From an uncultured Alphaproteobacteria bacterium (GTDB lineage Bacteria; Pseudomonadota; Alphaproteobacteria; Rhizobiales; Xanthobacteraceae): a DNA stretch of 64,000 bases. Location: assembly GCA_963813825.1 (NCBI GenBank), contig CAWFBB010000015.1, forward strand, positions 22,702 to 86,701, in the 5' to 3' direction. Numbering within the stretch: position 1 is the first letter of the stretch; each line of letters starts with the position of its first letter. The position numbers were made by a program, and so were the translations under genes. Under the pieces are notes generated by a model. That model had not been told where the DNA came from, did no database searches, and was given only the letters and a program-made list of their open reading frames with translations. Positions 7,063-15,648 of the stretch are shown piece after piece.

Positions 7063-8100
7063 ATGACAAAATACAAACTCGAATACATCTGGCTCGACGG
7101 TTACACGCCGGTGCCGAGCTTGCGCGGCAAGACGCAGCTCAAGGATTTCGACACGTTTCCGACGATCGACCAGCTGCCGCTGTGGGGCTTCGACGGTTCG
7201 TCGACCAACCAGGCCACCGGCTCGAACTCCGATTGCGTTCTAAAACCCGTCGCCGTGTATCCGGACAGCTCGCGTTTGAATGGCGTTCTGGTGATGTGCG
7301 AAGTCATGCTGCCGAACGGCCAGCCGCACGAGTCGAATAAGCGCGCCACCATCCTCGACGATCCCGGCGCCTGGTTCGGCTACGAGCAGGAATATTTCTT
7401 CTACAAGGACGGGCGGCCGCTCGGCTTCCCCGAGAGTGGCTATCCGGCGCCGCAAGGCCCCTACTATACCGGCGTCGGCTACAAGCACGTCGGCAGCATC
7501 GCCCGCAAAATGGTCGAGGAGCATCTCGACCTTTGCCTCACCGCTGGCATCAACCATGAAGGCATCAATGCCGAGGTGGCAAAGGGCCAGTGGGAATTCC
7601 AGATTTTCGGCAAGGGCTCCAAGACCGCGGCCGACCAGATGTGGATGGCCCGCTATCTGATGCTGCGGCTCACCGAGAAGTATGGCGTCGATATCGAGTT
7701 CCACTGCAAGCCGCTCGGCGACACCGACTGGAACGGCTCCGGCATGCACGCCAACTTCTCCACCAAGTTCATGCGCGAAGTCGGCGGCAAGGAGTATTTC
7801 GAGGCGTTGATGAAGGCATTCGAAGCGAACCGCGCCGATCACATCGCAGTCTATGGCCCGGACAACCACATGCGCCTGACCGGCAAGCACGAGACCGCCG
7901 CCATCACCGAGTTCACTTACGGTGTGGCCGACCGCGGCGCCTCGATCCGCGTGCCGCACAGCTTCATTAACAACGGCTACAAGGGCTATCTGGAAGACCG
8001 CCGCCCGAATTCGCAAGGCGACCCATACCAGATCGCTTCCCAGATCCTAAAGACGATCGCATCGGTCCCGACCAGCGGCCAGGTCAGCGCCGCCGCCTAA
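7063..8100 (+). CDS. glnII: Glutamine synthetase type II
   Basis: MTKYKLEYIWLDGYTP... is the eukaryote-like GSII N-terminus. 345 aa from the internal ATG at 7063; the track ORF begins further upstream at 6958. Confidence 0.95.
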   Translation: MTKYKLEYIWLDGYTPVPSLRGKTQLKDFDTFPTIDQLPLWGFDGSSTNQATGSNSDCVLKPVAVYPDSSRLNGVLVMCEVMLPNGQPHESNKRATILDDPGAWFGYEQEYFFYKDGRPLGFPESGYPAPQGPYYTGVGYKHVGSIARKMVEEHLDLCLTAGINHEGINAEVAKGQWEFQIFGKGSKTAADQMWMARYLMLRLTEKYGVDIEFHCKPLGDTDWNGSGMHANFSTKFMREVGGKEYFEALMKAFEANRADHIAVYGPDNHMRLTGKHETAAITEFTYGVADRGASIRVPHSFINNGYKGYLEDRRPNSQGDPYQIASQILKTIASVPTSGQVSAAA

Positions 8101-8350
8101 CCGGAAGACGTTTGCACTTGCACCGTCAGCGCGTGAGAGTTCGAAAGGACCCTCACGCGCGAAGGCGGAGCGCACCCGGCGTCCGCCGCGCCGGCGGCGC
8201 TTGCTGCCGCAGCAAGGTTGGCATCGTCTTTCCTTCCATCTTCAGAAAGCCGATGCCGCGGGGGAGGTACTTGGCGTCCCTCCCCCGATCTCGCGTGCGA
8301 TTTTTGGCAAGTCCTTGGCGCCGCACCGTTGCCACCGATCCGGCTGGGAC

Positions 8351-8557
8351 GTGCTACTCTCCCCCGATGAAGTCGAAGACATCGAAGAAGCCATCCTCAA
8401 GCTGTCGCCCGAGGAATTGGCTAAATTCCGGCGCTGGTTCGCGGAATTCGAAACCGGCATGGCGCCGCCGAAAATCCCCGAGGCAGCGGCGGTAAAGCTC
8501 GGCCGCATCGCCGGACGAACCATGGCCGAGTTCCGCAAGCTCAAGCGTGAGCCGTAG
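8351..8557 (+). CDS. Small protein with an addiction-module-component-like LSPEE helix (68 aa)
   Basis: GTG start at 8351. IEEAILKLSPEELAKFRRWFAEFE resembles short antitoxin-type components. GC3-rich codons. The start is uncertain. Confidence 0.42.
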   Translation: MLLSPDEVEDIEEAILKLSPEELAKFRRWFAEFETGMAPPKIPEAAAVKLGRIAGRTMAEFRKLKREP

Positions 8558-8562
8558 CCGCG

Positions 8563-8778
8563 ATGGCAACGCGGCAGCAGCGGCTGGACGCCTTCGCCCA
8601 TGACGGCGAGCCGCCAAGCGGCGAGCCGCTCGAACTATTGTGCGAGGACCATGTTGGCACCTATGTGGTCCCGTTCCTCTGCCGATGGACCGACGCAGCG
8701 TGGCAGAGCGTCGAGACCGGCGAGCGCATAGAGGCCACCGTAATAGGCTGGCGGACTCGCGTCGCAATGAAGTATTAG
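8563..8778 (+). CDS. Small hypothetical protein (71 aa)
   Basis: The ATG lies 5 nt after the preceding stop. Codon usage is consistent with coding. No family recognised. Confidence 0.42.
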   Translation: MATRQQRLDAFAHDGEPPSGEPLELLCEDHVGTYVVPFLCRWTDAAWQSVETGERIEATVIGWRTRVAMKY

Positions 8779-8811
8779 TCGGCGCGGAAAACCGCTGCGA
8801 GGTCGGGGGAT

Positions 8812-9183
8812 ATGGGTAAGGGTCGATCCAAAGAGCCGGAATTCGTCGAACGCCAGACTGCGGCTCAAAACGCCAAGAAGGCGCTGCTGGAGCGGTTTCG
8901 CGCCAAGGCCGCGGACCCCGATGCGGCGGTGCGGCTGCAAGAGCGGGTGGTGGAAGCGGCCCAACGCGAGGCCGCAAGGAAAGTCCGCGAGGCGGAGAAG
9001 GCCGAACGCAAAGCTCGCGAAGCCGAAGCGGCGGCTGCGGCGAAGCGCGAGGCGGCCGCACAGGCCGAACGTGCCGCCGCCGAAAAAGCCGAACGCGAAC
9101 ACGCCGCCGAGGTCGAAGCGAAAGCCGCGCGCGACGCCCGCTATGCCGCCCGCAAGGCAAAATCGAAAAAAGGCAAACGCTGA
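8812..9183 (+). CDS. Ala/Glu/Lys-rich coiled-coil small protein (DUF6481-like)
   Basis: 123 aa, GGGGGA RBS. N-terminus KEPEFVERQTAAQNAKKALLERFRAK, then low-complexity AEKAERKAREAEAAA repeats. Confidence 0.58.
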   Translation: MGKGRSKEPEFVERQTAAQNAKKALLERFRAKAADPDAAVRLQERVVEAAQREAARKVREAEKAERKAREAEAAAAAKREAAAQAERAAAEKAEREHAAEVEAKAARDARYAARKAKSKKGKR

Positions 9184-9327
9184 CCGGTTCGTCACGGTCG
9201 ACGCATAGCTGTTAGGAAATACGCCAAATTCGGCGTGAAACCTGATTTTTAAGTAGCCGCGCCCCGCAACGCCGGAATAATCTTCTCCTCGATCTGGCAA
9301 ACAGGAAAACGGGTTGAGGCCGCTGAA

Positions 9328-10104
9328 GTGACTGCGAAACGACCCGTCGTCGGCGTCATCGGCAGCGCCCATCTGGTCGAGGGCAAGTTCACCGCGCAGC
9401 GGGTCGGCGAGCGGCCGCTGCGGGCGGTGGCCGAGACCGCAGGCGCGCTGCCGCTGATTTTCGCCGGCGCGCCGGAACTCACCGACATCGGCACGCTGCT
9501 CGATACCGTCGACGGCATCCTGCTCACCGGCGGGCGCGCCAACGTCCACCCGAGCCATTTCGGCCATGAAGAACACCCGCGCTACGAGCCCTATGACCGT
9601 AATCGCGATACGATTGCGCTGGCAGTGATCGAGGCTTGCGTCGCGCGCGGCGTGCCGGTGTTCGGGATTTGCCGCGGCCTTCAGGAGATGAACGTCGCGT
9701 TCGGCGGCAGCCTACATCCCGAGATCCGCGAACTGCCGGGCCGTATGAATCACCGCATGCCGCGGCTGCCGAACGGCGAGCCGCATCCCGATATCGAGGT
9801 CATATTCGCCGACCGCCACGAAGTCAGCCTGACGCCGGGCGGCGTGTTCGCAAAGCTGCTCGGCGCCGAGACGATCCGCGTCAACTCGCTGCACGGCCAA
9901 GGCATCCTTGAACCGGGCAAACGCGTCGTCGTCGAAGGTATCGCCGAGGACGGTACCTACGAGGCCATTCGCATCGCCGACGCGCCGGGCTTTGCGCTCG
10001 GCGTACAGTGGCACGCCGAACACGAGGCCAACCGCAACCCGATAAATCGCAAGCTGTTCGAGGCGTTCGGCTCGGCACTCGCCGCCTACCGGCGGACGCG
10101 GTAA
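9328..10104 (+). CDS. Gamma-glutamyl-GABA hydrolase-like class I glutamine amidotransferase (peptidase C26)
   Basis: 258 aa. Nucleophile motif GICRGLQEMNVAFGG and C-terminal GVQWHAE (His of the triad). Confidence 0.88.
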   Translation: MTAKRPVVGVIGSAHLVEGKFTAQRVGERPLRAVAETAGALPLIFAGAPELTDIGTLLDTVDGILLTGGRANVHPSHFGHEEHPRYEPYDRNRDTIALAVIEACVARGVPVFGICRGLQEMNVAFGGSLHPEIRELPGRMNHRMPRLPNGEPHPDIEVIFADRHEVSLTPGGVFAKLLGAETIRVNSLHGQGILEPGKRVVVEGIAEDGTYEAIRIADAPGFALGVQWHAEHEANRNPINRKLFEAFGSALAAYRRTR

Positions 10105-10113
10105 GTACCGGCA

Positions 10114-10398
10114 ATGGCCGACACGATCCGCGACAACACCGCCCTCTCCCGCTTCGAGCTTGAAGACAGCGGCGTCACCGCGTTCATGATCTACAGGGTT
10201 GCCGGCGATGTTATCACGTTCCTGCACACCGAGACGCCGGTTGCAGCGCGCGGGCGCGGACTTGCTTCGCGGCTGGTGCAAGGCGCGCTCCGCCTTGCGC
10301 GGGCGCGCGGACTGAAGGTGGTGGCACGTTGCGCTTTCGTGCTTGCCTATTTGGCCAAGCATCCGGAATTCCGCGACGTGGTGGCGGCAGGCGCATAG
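10114..10398 (+). CDS. Small GNAT-like N-acetyltransferase domain protein (YjdJ-like)
   Basis: 94 aa. RFELEDSGVTAFMIYR...HTETPVAARGRGLASRLV...CAFVLAYLAKHPEF is typical of the short GNAT_2-like family. Confidence 0.8.
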   Translation: MADTIRDNTALSRFELEDSGVTAFMIYRVAGDVITFLHTETPVAARGRGLASRLVQGALRLARARGLKVVARCAFVLAYLAKHPEFRDVVAAGA

Positions 10399-10472
10399 CG
10401 CCAACCCGGTCACTTCGGCTCGGCGTTAAAGTCGTTATTATCGCTGCAGTGCCCTGCCCGCCAAAAATGAGA

Positions 10473-10763
10473 TTATTTGATCTCTATTTTCTTTGACTCC
10501 AGCACACCGCACTTTGGGCACTTGAATATGCGATCTTCGTAGGCGGGATCATCGGCAGGCATAATTTGGACGATGACCATTGCGAGCCCGCAACTCTGGC
10601 ATGGCGGGAAGGCGGCATTTCGGCCCATTTCGCCGATGAGTTTGTCAAACATATCGGACGCATCTTCCGCGCCAACTTGCCGAGCGGTTTCCATGGACCG
10701 CTCGGATTGTCGTTTGTCCTTTATCTTCGGCTTTCGCGTTTGTTCTTCGCCGGCTTTTTTCAT
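10473..10763 (-). CDS. Small zinc-ribbon protein (CxxC...CxxC)
   Basis: C-terminal PPCQSCGLAMV...FKCPKCGVLE. The start was set at MKKAGEE; the longer ORF start at 10847 is also possible. Lower-GC DNA. Confidence 0.45.
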   Translation of the reverse strand: MKKAGEEQTRKPKIKDKRQSERSMETARQVGAEDASDMFDKLIGEMGRNAAFPPCQSCGLAMVIVQIMPADDPAYEDRIFKCPKCGVLESKKIEIK

Positions 10764-11129
10764 AGGGCTTCTCAGTGTGAGCGGTGCGACAGGTCGGGCG
10801 CTTGCCGACGATGCCATCGAGCGTGCGATCTGCACGGGCCGGGTCATTGACGCCCGACCGATCCTTTTGAGTACTGGAAATCGAATTCAGCCAATATCGG
10901 TGAAGGTGCTTCTCGGCGCAATGCTTGCCTTTTAGCTCACCATCCGCTCGAAATCGCCGCAATGTGGCTGACCGCACCAGTTGGCCAGAGCATTGCTTCG
11001 AGATACTCTTCTCACCAAGCAAACCCTCACCAAACGAACAAAGAAAGAACGTGTGGTGCGGGGCCGAGCCTTGGGAACGAATTCCGGGCGGCGACCATTG
11101 AGTGGCGGATCAGTCAGTGGAGTAAAACG

Positions 11130-12002
11130 ATGGCCCCGCGTGCGTACTGGAAGGGCTTCCTGAAATTGTCGCTGGTGTCCTGTCCCATTTCGCTATTTCC
11201 GGCGACGTCGGAGCGGGAAAAGATCAGCTTCCATCAGCTCAATAAAGATACCGGAAACCGGGTCAGGTATCGCAAGGTCGATGCGGAAACCGGCGACGAA
11301 GTCGAGCAGGCCGATATCGTCAAGGGCTACGAGGTCACGAAGGGCGAATACGTCGAGCTCGACCCTGAAGAGCTTGAGGCCGTTGCGCTCGAAAGCAAGC
11401 GCACCATTGAGATTGACAAGTTTGTCCCGAAGTCGGAGATCGACGAACTGTATATGCGCGATCCGTACTACATCGTTCCTGATGGGGAGGTGGGCCAGCA
11501 GGCATTCGCGGTGATTCGCGAAGCTATCCGCAAGGAAGGTATGGTCGCGATAGGCAAGGTTGTATTCACAAATCGCGAGCACGTCATCGCAATCGAGGCG
11601 CGCGACAAGGGAATGATGGGCATCACGCTGCGGTATCCGTATGAAGTCCGGCAACCGAAAGAGTATTTCGATGGTATCGAAGACGAGAAGGTCCCCAAGG
11701 ATATGCTCGATCTCGCTCTTCACATCGTTGAGACAAAGAAGGGCACATTCGAGCCCGAAAAATTCCAAGATGAATATGAGGACGCGCTAAAGGAGTTGAT
11801 CCGTAAGAAGCAGAAGGGCGAGACGATCGAACGGCCGAAAGAACCAGCCCGCTCGAACGTCATCAACCTCATGGATGCGCTTCGGCAGAGCGTTAAGGGT
11901 GACAAGGGCGGCGAACGGCGCAAGCCGGCGCGCACTGCCGGCCATCATCGGGCACCGAAAAAGGCTGGCCGATCAAGCGCCCGGCACAACCGAGCAAGCT
12001 AA
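11130..12002 (+). CDS. ku: Non-homologous end-joining protein Ku
   Basis: MAPRAYWKGFLKLSLVSCPISLFPATS...ISFHQL is the hallmark bacterial Ku N-terminus. 290 aa with a basic C-terminal tail. Confidence 0.95.
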   Translation: MAPRAYWKGFLKLSLVSCPISLFPATSEREKISFHQLNKDTGNRVRYRKVDAETGDEVEQADIVKGYEVTKGEYVELDPEELEAVALESKRTIEIDKFVPKSEIDELYMRDPYYIVPDGEVGQQAFAVIREAIRKEGMVAIGKVVFTNREHVIAIEARDKGMMGITLRYPYEVRQPKEYFDGIEDEKVPKDMLDLALHIVETKKGTFEPEKFQDEYEDALKELIRKKQKGETIERPKEPARSNVINLMDALRQSVKGDKGGERRKPARTAGHHRAPKKAGRSSARHNRAS

Positions 12003-12076
12003 ATCGGCCCTCAGGGAATTGACGGACTGCGTATGGTCAATGTGGCGTGGCGGGGTGCTGCCGCGTACTGCAAAAA

Positions 12077-12098
12077 GAACCCCGCGCGAGCGGGGTTC
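12077..12098. terminator. Hairpin terminator between convergent ku and PRC-barrel genes
   Basis: GAACCCCGC-GCGA-GCGGGGTTC is a perfect 9-bp stem. On the minus strand it is followed by TTTTTG. The + strand context is weaker (TTCGAG). Confidence 0.6.
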
Positions 12099-12113
12099 TT
12101 CGAGTAGGTCCGG

Positions 12114-12503
12114 TCAATACCAAAGAGGTGTCTTGTAATAATCATAGACACGTCGGTCATTGGCTCGATCGCCCCATGCCCAGTCGGTTGAGCTGCTGTA
12201 TCTGGGGGCACCTTTCAATTGATCCTCAGTCACAGCGACCCGGTAGCCGTCGAGGCGCGTATCGTATTTTAGCGTCGGCCAAGGCATCGGATAGTAGTCC
12301 TCGCCCATACCGAGAAAGCCTCCAAAAGAGATGACGGCATAAGCGACCTTGCCGCTCATCTTGTCGATCATGACGCGCTGAACAGAGCCGATTTTTTTGT
12401 CATCGGCACCATACACCGCGGTACCCTGCACCTTGTCGCTTCCAATCAGCGAGACAGTTTCGCTGCGATTGTCCACGTTAGTGGTAGCCGTAACCATGAG
12501 CAT
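12114..12503 (-). CDS. PRC-barrel domain protein
   Basis: 129 aa. LIGSDKVQGTAVYGADDKKIGSVQRVMIDKMSGKVAYAVISFGGFLGMG is classic PRC-barrel. AGGAGGA RBS. Confidence 0.9.
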   Translation of the reverse strand: MLMVTATTNVDNRSETVSLIGSDKVQGTAVYGADDKKIGSVQRVMIDKMSGKVAYAVISFGGFLGMGEDYYPMPWPTLKYDTRLDGYRVAVTEDQLKGAPRYSSSTDWAWGDRANDRRVYDYYKTPLWY

Positions 12504-12530
12504 TCCTCCTGGGGGTTTACGTGCTAGAGG

Positions 12531-12556
12531 AACGCTCAGCGAAGAGCGCTTGTTCC
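12531..12556 (-). promoter_or_regulatory. EcfG-type (general stress response ECF sigma) promoter upstream of the PRC-barrel gene
   Basis: The minus strand reads GGAAC-aagcgctcttcgctgag-CGTT, matching the consensus GGAAC-N16/17-CGTT. It lies about 25-30 nt upstream of the RBS. Confidence 0.65.
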
Positions 12557-12674
12557 TTGTTTCTCTCCAAGTTTTCCCAAGCTCGTCCGGAAAGCCCGTT
12601 TGAGGTGGCGCGACTACCTCATCAAGCGCGGTTTGTTCCCGCTAATTAGCTTTCTACATACTCCCGTAACTTTC

Positions 12675-13649
12675 TTACTTCGGCTCGATGCCGGCTTGCT
12701 TGATCACATCGGTCCAGCGAGCGAGATCGGTGGCGAGGACTTTGCTGAATTCGGCAGGCTCGCTGGCGACAGCTTTCATGCCCTGCTTGTCGAACAGGTC
12801 CACGATGTCGGGCGCGGCGACCGCTTTGGCGACTTCGTCGCGCAGCTTTTGCGCGATCGCTGGCGGTGTGTCCGGCGGCGCCAGGATGCCGAAATAGTTC
12901 GACACGTTGTATTCCTTGAACCCGGACTTCAACATAGTCGGCACCTGCGGCAACGCCGCGAGACGCTGCGCGCCGGTTACCGCGAGCCCGCTGACAGCGC
13001 CTGCCTTGACCTGCGGAATCTCGATTGGCGTGGCATCGAACATTGCATCGACCCGGCCGCCGAGCAGATCGCTGAGCGCCTCGGCGGCGCCTTTGTACGG
13101 CACGTTGACGATCGCGATGCCGGCGGCAAGCCGCAGCAGTTCAGCGTTAAGCGCGAGCGAGCCGGCACTGCCGCCGCCCGAGCCGAACGTGAGCTTGCCG
13201 GGATTCTTCCTGCCGTAAGCGACAAGGTCGGTGACATTGCGGAAGCCGAGCGCGATGCGGCCGGTCAGGATGAATGGCCCATCCGCCACTTCAGTCACCG
13301 GCGTCATCCGACGCACGTCGAACGGATAGTCCTTCTGCGCCGGCTGCGTGACGACGGTCGCGGTCGAGATCAGAAACAGCGTGCGGCCGTCGGGCGCGGC
13401 GCCGGTCAGTTCACGATAGGCCGGCTCGAACGCACCGCCCGGTTTGTTTTCCACATAGACGTTGGTGGCGAGGCTCGCGGACAGCCGCTGCGCAATCAGC
13501 CGCGCGGTGACATCGGTGCCGCCGCCAGGCGCCAGCCCGACAATGATGCGGATCGGCTTGCCGGAAAAATCCTGCGCCGCCGCGCGGAAATGCCCGCCTA
13601 AAGGCACCAGCGCGATCAGCGCGGCTGCCGCCGTCTGTTGCCAGTTCAT
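12675..13649 (-). CDS. Bug-family (TctC-like) tripartite tricarboxylate transporter substrate-binding protein
   Basis: Signal peptide followed by KPIRIIVGLAPGGGTDVTARL, the Bug family signature. The start was set at MNWQQT, which has a GGGAGGA RBS. Confidence 0.9.
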   Translation of the reverse strand: MNWQQTAAAALIALVPLGGHFRAAAQDFSGKPIRIIVGLAPGGGTDVTARLIAQRLSASLATNVYVENKPGGAFEPAYRELTGAAPDGRTLFLISTATVVTQPAQKDYPFDVRRMTPVTEVADGPFILTGRIALGFRNVTDLVAYGRKNPGKLTFGSGGGSAGSLALNAELLRLAAGIAIVNVPYKGAAEALSDLLGGRVDAMFDATPIEIPQVKAGAVSGLAVTGAQRLAALPQVPTMLKSGFKEYNVSNYFGILAPPDTPPAIAQKLRDEVAKAVAAPDIVDLFDKQGMKAVASEPAEFSKVLATDLARWTDVIKQAGIEPK

Positions 13650-13823
13650 CAAATTCCTCCCGATCACACCGCACTGCGGCGGTTTCCCGGCATCCTGCCG
13701 TGTTTCGACGTCGCTCGCAAAGTGCCGGAAGGCCCTTGCGTCGCGGGCGTCCGCTTGGCAGCATCACGGCGTTTCGTCGCGCTCCTGGCCGGGACCGTGA
13801 TCGCTCACGAGGGCTGTGCAGAC

Positions 13824-14387
13824 ATGTTCAAACATCTTGCTTTGACGCTATTCGGTGCTCTGGTTTTTGCCGCCGCGGCCGCGCCTGCAAACGCGCAGGA
13901 CGACATCGCGCAGAAGGCTCAGGTCTGCGCCGCTTGTCACGGCGAAAACGGTGTGCCGGCCGATCCAAAGACCACACCGATCATCTGGGGCCAGCAATCG
14001 AGCTATCTCTACAAGGAACTGCACGACTACCACAACGGCGACCGCAAGAGTCCGATCATGGCGCCGGTCGTGATGGATTTATCGCTCCCAGACCTGCGCA
14101 AGATCGCCGATTATTTTGCCGCCAAGAGCTGGCCGCCCGGGCATCCCGCGGCCTCCGCCGCGCCGGCGCCCGAAGGCATCGCCCAGTGCCGGGCATGCCA
14201 CCAGCCGAATTTCGAAGGCGGCGAACCGGCGCCGCGGCTCGCGGGCTTGAGCTACGAATATCTCGTTGCTGCGATGCGCGCCTTCGCCGACGGGACGCGA
14301 ACCAACAACCTCGACATGCCGGGCTTCATGAAAGCTCACACAGAGGGCGACCGCGACGCCATGGCGCGTTATATCGCCGGGCTATGA
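13824..14387 (+). CDS. Dihaem cytochrome c (c4-like)
   Basis: Signal peptide MFKHLALTLFGALVFAAAAAPANA and two CxxCH motifs (CAACH, CRACH). Confidence 0.88.
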   Translation: MFKHLALTLFGALVFAAAAAPANAQDDIAQKAQVCAACHGENGVPADPKTTPIIWGQQSSYLYKELHDYHNGDRKSPIMAPVVMDLSLPDLRKIADYFAAKSWPPGHPAASAAPAPEGIAQCRACHQPNFEGGEPAPRLAGLSYEYLVAAMRAFADGTRTNNLDMPGFMKAHTEGDRDAMARYIAGL

Positions 14388-14400
14388 CCTCGCGCGGCGA

Positions 14401-14610
14401 TCATTTCCTGACGAAGCCGAGATAAGAGAACAAAAGGAACAGCGCGAGGTGAATGACCGCACGAATGCCATTCACACCCGGCGTCACGGAAAGCTGCGTG
14501 CCGACCAGCTGAACGGGCGTGCCAGCGATATATAGGTAGAACAGCACGCCGGTGCTGACGAAGAAGGCGCCGGACAGGAATTTGCAGACGTCTTTCCAGG
14601 TTAACGTCAT
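14401..14610 (-). CDS. Small membrane protein (69 aa)
   Basis: Two hydrophobic helices. It lies directly downstream of the esterase gene on the same strand. Confidence 0.42.
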   Translation of the reverse strand: MTLTWKDVCKFLSGAFFVSTGVLFYLYIAGTPVQLVGTQLSVTPGVNGIRAVIHLALFLLFSYLGFVRK

Positions 14611-14652
14611 GCTCGCTCCTGCCCCGCTCTGCGCGAGAGGCGGATATGCCGT

Positions 14653-15558
14653 TCAGGCCTTGATGTTCTGGCCGACGAACTTGACCATGCGTTCGAACAT
14701 ATCGCCGCTTTGCGTCAGGTCGGGCGAATGGCCGACGTGGCGCTCCATGGCAGTATATTCCAGCGCGATGTCGCCGCCGGCCTTCTTGTAGTTGGCGACG
14801 AAGCGTTGCGGTTCGTTGCCGGGGAAACCGGAGTCGGCGTCCTTGTAATCGTGCACGACGTCGCCGCGGCCCTGAAACCACACCGCCGGCGGTAGTTGCG
14901 CTTTCTCGCCGCGCTCCAGCGCCAGCATCGGATTACCTTCTTCCATGTTGGCTTCGCTTTTCCAGTACGAGTCGTGGCGCGGAATGATCGGCTTGCCCCA
15001 TTCGTTGCCGGCCGCGACCGCGCGCTTGGCATGGCGGTAGCGCGACAGCGGATTGATCACCGGCCAGGACATCACGACGGCGCGCACCGTGGCGTCCTGT
15101 GCCGGCGTGCCGGCCGGCAGTGCGATGGCCGTATAACGCGGATCGTGCGGGCGCATGGCAACGAGCATGGCAAGATGGCCGCCGCTCGACTGGCCGGAAA
15201 TACCGATCAGGTCGGGCCGCGTTTTCAGTTCGCGGGCGTGCGCCTTGGCCCAGCGCACGGCGTAATTGATGTCCTGCACGGAAGCCGGATACGGGTCGGT
15301 ATTGCCGGAACGGAAATCGAGCGCGATGGAGACGATGCCGTGGGACGCCATGTATTTGTGACGCAACGCCTCGGTCAGGCGGTCGCTCTGGCACCAGGCG
15401 CCACCGTGGCACTCGACCAGCGCCGGGAACGGCCCCGGTCCGTGCGGTTTGAACACGCGGGCGAGCAGCGGCTTATCGCCGTGCCGCAGATACTCGACGT
15501 CCTCGACGTCGTATGCGGCGGACTTGGCGTCCAATACATCGGTTGTCATGGCGAACAT
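14653..15558 (-). CDS. Alpha/beta hydrolase (esterase/lipase fold-3 type)
   Basis: HGGAW oxyanion motif and GQSSGG nucleophile elbow. The start is at MFAMTT or MTT (15549). Confidence 0.85.
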   Translation of the reverse strand: MFAMTTDVLDAKSAAYDVEDVEYLRHGDKPLLARVFKPHGPGPFPALVECHGGAWCQSDRLTEALRHKYMASHGIVSIALDFRSGNTDPYPASVQDINYAVRWAKAHARELKTRPDLIGISGQSSGGHLAMLVAMRPHDPRYTAIALPAGTPAQDATVRAVVMSWPVINPLSRYRHAKRAVAAGNEWGKPIIPRHDSYWKSEANMEEGNPMLALERGEKAQLPPAVWFQGRGDVVHDYKDADSGFPGNEPQRFVANYKKAGGDIALEYTAMERHVGHSPDLTQSGDMFERMVKFVGQNIKA

Positions 15559-15648
15559 CCTTTCTGCATTTCCACCCTGAGCAATTGTCGCGCAGCACGC
15601 AGGCGACGGCAAGGCGGGCCCGCGTCTGGGGTCACTGCGTTCCGAACG

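Noticed and set aside
8125-8300. GC-rich hairpins after glnII (GCGCGTGAG...CTCACGCGC; CGGGGGAG...CTCCCCCG) as intrinsic terminators.
   Set aside because: No U-tract follows either hairpin. They may be REP-like or Rho-related. I did not call them terminators.
8354-9576. Minus-strand ORFs 8354..9160 and 8635..9576.
   Set aside because: They are Pro/Arg-rich. They overlap several short + strand genes that have RBSs and sensible composition.
11074-11100. An EcfG-type promoter upstream of ku.
   Set aside because: GGAAC is present, but the -10 position reads CCATT rather than CGTT. The match is too weak to call.
12600-13601. A 333-aa + strand ORF.
   Set aside because: It is the shadow of the Bug/TctC substrate-binding protein gene on the minus strand.
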